Below, piece by piece: positions 62,222-64,000 of a stretch of 64,000 nt of DNA. The notes below the pieces were generated by a model. The model searched no databases and was not told where the DNA came from. It saw nothing but the letters and a program-made list of their open reading frames with translations. The stretch is from contig CALSCP010000257.1 in the NCBI GenBank assembly GCA_943704425.1, forward strand, positions 1-64,000, written 5' to 3'. How positions within the stretch are numbered: position 1 is the first letter of the stretch; each line of letters starts with the position of its first letter. The position numbers were made by a program, and so were the translations under genes. Source of the DNA: Ministeria vibrans ATCC 50519 (lineage: Eukaryota > Protista > Filasterea).

Positions 62222-63828
62222 ATGCCATCTAATGTGCGCGATCGCGGCGCGAAAAAGACAAGTGCAGGCACAGAAACAAAGCTCAAGGAATACTCAATGA
62301 AACAAGTCGCACAACACGACAACGCCGAAGGTACTGCGCCACAGCCAGCGCCCAATGCCCTTCCTTCAACTGCGCTCTCCTCCTCCTTCCTTCCTGTGCA
62401 TCTCTCCTTTGTTTTTTGTCTTTGAATCTTCCAACTCATCCAAAAAAAAAAAAAAAAAAAAAAAACGAAAGAGAGAGAGAAGAGTGAACGAGTGCGATTT
62501 TCATCGCATTTGCACCACTACGGACTTTGCGATAGAGCCCTAAGGGGCACACGGCGTGCTTTTGTACGAATGTGTTTCGTGTTATGGTGTGTGAGGGGCT
62601 GTACAGTCTTGTTTGGATGGACTTTGGGCAAACACGATTAATTTGCTTCAATCATCCATAGATTGTTGGATTATCTGCGATGGGTACGTTTACGACGTGA
62701 CTGAGTTCGTCAGCCAGCATCCAGGCGGCGGGGAGATTCTTCTTGACCATGCGGGCACAGACGCAACCTTGGCAATGCGCGTACGTGTCGTTTTCACGTT
62801 GTTTCCTCCACGAGCTATTTTGATCAACCTATTGCTTCTCTGTCGCTTTGTTTCTTTCTCTCTTTCTCTCTCGCTCTCGCTCTGCAGGAGGCTGAAGTCC
62901 ATTCGCACACAATGAGTGCCTTTAACATTCTCGACGGCTACAAGATTGGTGTGATTGAAGGCGTCAATGTGAGTAGTGCGAACCTTTTCATTATACAGTG
63001 TGTGACTCGTGTCTCTTTTCTTTTACTTCAGCTGGACAATCTCCAGAAGCACTACACCAACGACCCCGTAGACTACAACAAGGCAACACTGTACCAAGTG
63101 GGTCATTTAGGCAAAGAATACGACGCATGGGTGCACACAGCCATTGTGCCGCCCAATGGCACAGTTCGCCTCTTCACGACCGACCTTATGGAGTTTTTCA
63201 CGCACACCCACTGGTGGCTTGTCCCTACGCTGTGGCTTCCTGTCGTTGCCATGTGCTTCCACCTGAGCACCACCGGCTTCAACGGCCTCTACCCTTCCTG
63301 CTCCATTCCCAACGCCGCTGCACTGTTCCCCTTTGGCATGCTCATCTGGTCGCTTCTCGAGTACTCCCTCCATCGCTGGGTCTTCCATACCGTTCCCTCC
63401 ACCTACTGGCTCATTACCATTCACTATCTCATTCACGGTTAGAAAGAGAGTGTACCTATGAATCGTACTCAACTGAGTGTGTACCAATCGTATTTTCTCA
63501 AACTGTGTGTGTGTGCATTAATCAAACTCACGACTCCTCCGTGTGTGTGTGTCTCAATCAAACTCTTCTCTCACTCTATTTCTTTCTTTCTCTCTCTCTC
63601 TATCTCTTTGTTTTTTTTCTCCCTCCTCCCTCTCTCTATCACTTTGTTTCTTTCTCCCTCCTCTCTCTCACTCTCTCTTAAACTCTCTCTCTCTATGGGT
63701 GTGTTTAGGTCTTCATCACAAGACTCCCATGGAAAAGGGGCGTCTTGTCTTCCCGCCCCCACTTGCAGTCATCGTCGCATCCCCCATTCTGATGCTCCTC
63801 TGGTCCCTCACAGACCCCTCCACCGCAA
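62222..63828 (+). CDS. FA2H: Fatty acid 2-hydroxylase (cytochrome b5 + hydroxylase domain); runs past the window end
   Basis: V..H....DCW....VYDVT.F...HPGG; QVG.LG..YD.WVH; THWW.VP..WLP; WSL.EY.LHRW.FH; HYLIHG|LHHK.PM...RLVFPP. Confidence 0.95.
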
Positions 63829-63910
63829 TGTATTGTAGTCTCACACACGCACACACACTCTCTTTCTCTATCACTTTGTTTCTTTCTCCTCTCTCTCTCT
63901 CTCTATCACT

Positions 63911-63915
<5 letters not shown>

Positions 63916-64000
<85 letters not shown>
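63916..64000 (+). repeat. (CT)n microsatellite at the window end
   Basis: Directly visible. Confidence 0.95.

Noticed and set aside
19808-63828. SPG11 and FA2H (both spastic-paraplegia genes) plus sterol-related genes as a functional cluster
   Set aside because: Far apart and interspersed with unrelated housekeeping genes; coincidence is sufficient.

Overview
Eukaryotic genomic DNA, gene-dense, with short GT-AG introns, microsatellite-rich introns and very short intergenic spacers. The gene set (IFT74, CCP1/AGTPBP1, an SHB-family SH2 adaptor, a furin/PC7-like convertase, SPG11, PHF12) suggests a flagellated unicellular holozoan; this is inference. About 20 genes or gene fragments lie in order: RUVBL1, a VASt/Aster-like protein, PUS1, an orphan SLC38-like last exon, a CoA-binding protein, IFT74, CCP1, an SMYD methyltransferase, the 3' half of a 4-hydroxybutyrate CoA-transferase/acetyl-CoA hydrolase, the 3' part of an HMG-box factor, SPG11, an EBP/EXPERA protein, the convertase, SKI3/TTC37, the SHB-like adaptor (spanning a 370-N gap), an AMPK-related kinase, a large F-box protein, GCN1, PHF12, ZSWIM7 and FA2H (partial). 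Most notable: (1) an Aster/LAM-type sterol-transfer protein with no GRAM domain but a ubiquitin-like + C1 + CHORD-like zinc-finger input module; (2) four places where genes break at homopolymer or dinucleotide tracts, most likely false assembly joins; (3) sharp C-to-G skew flips that may mark replication origins; (4) a head-to-head IFT74/CCP1 pair, with CCP1 ending in a tubulin-tail-like sequence; (5) a dispersed intronic CTATCACTTTGTTTC repeat. All family calls come from motif recognition by eye; no database search was run, and exon boundaries are manual estimates.
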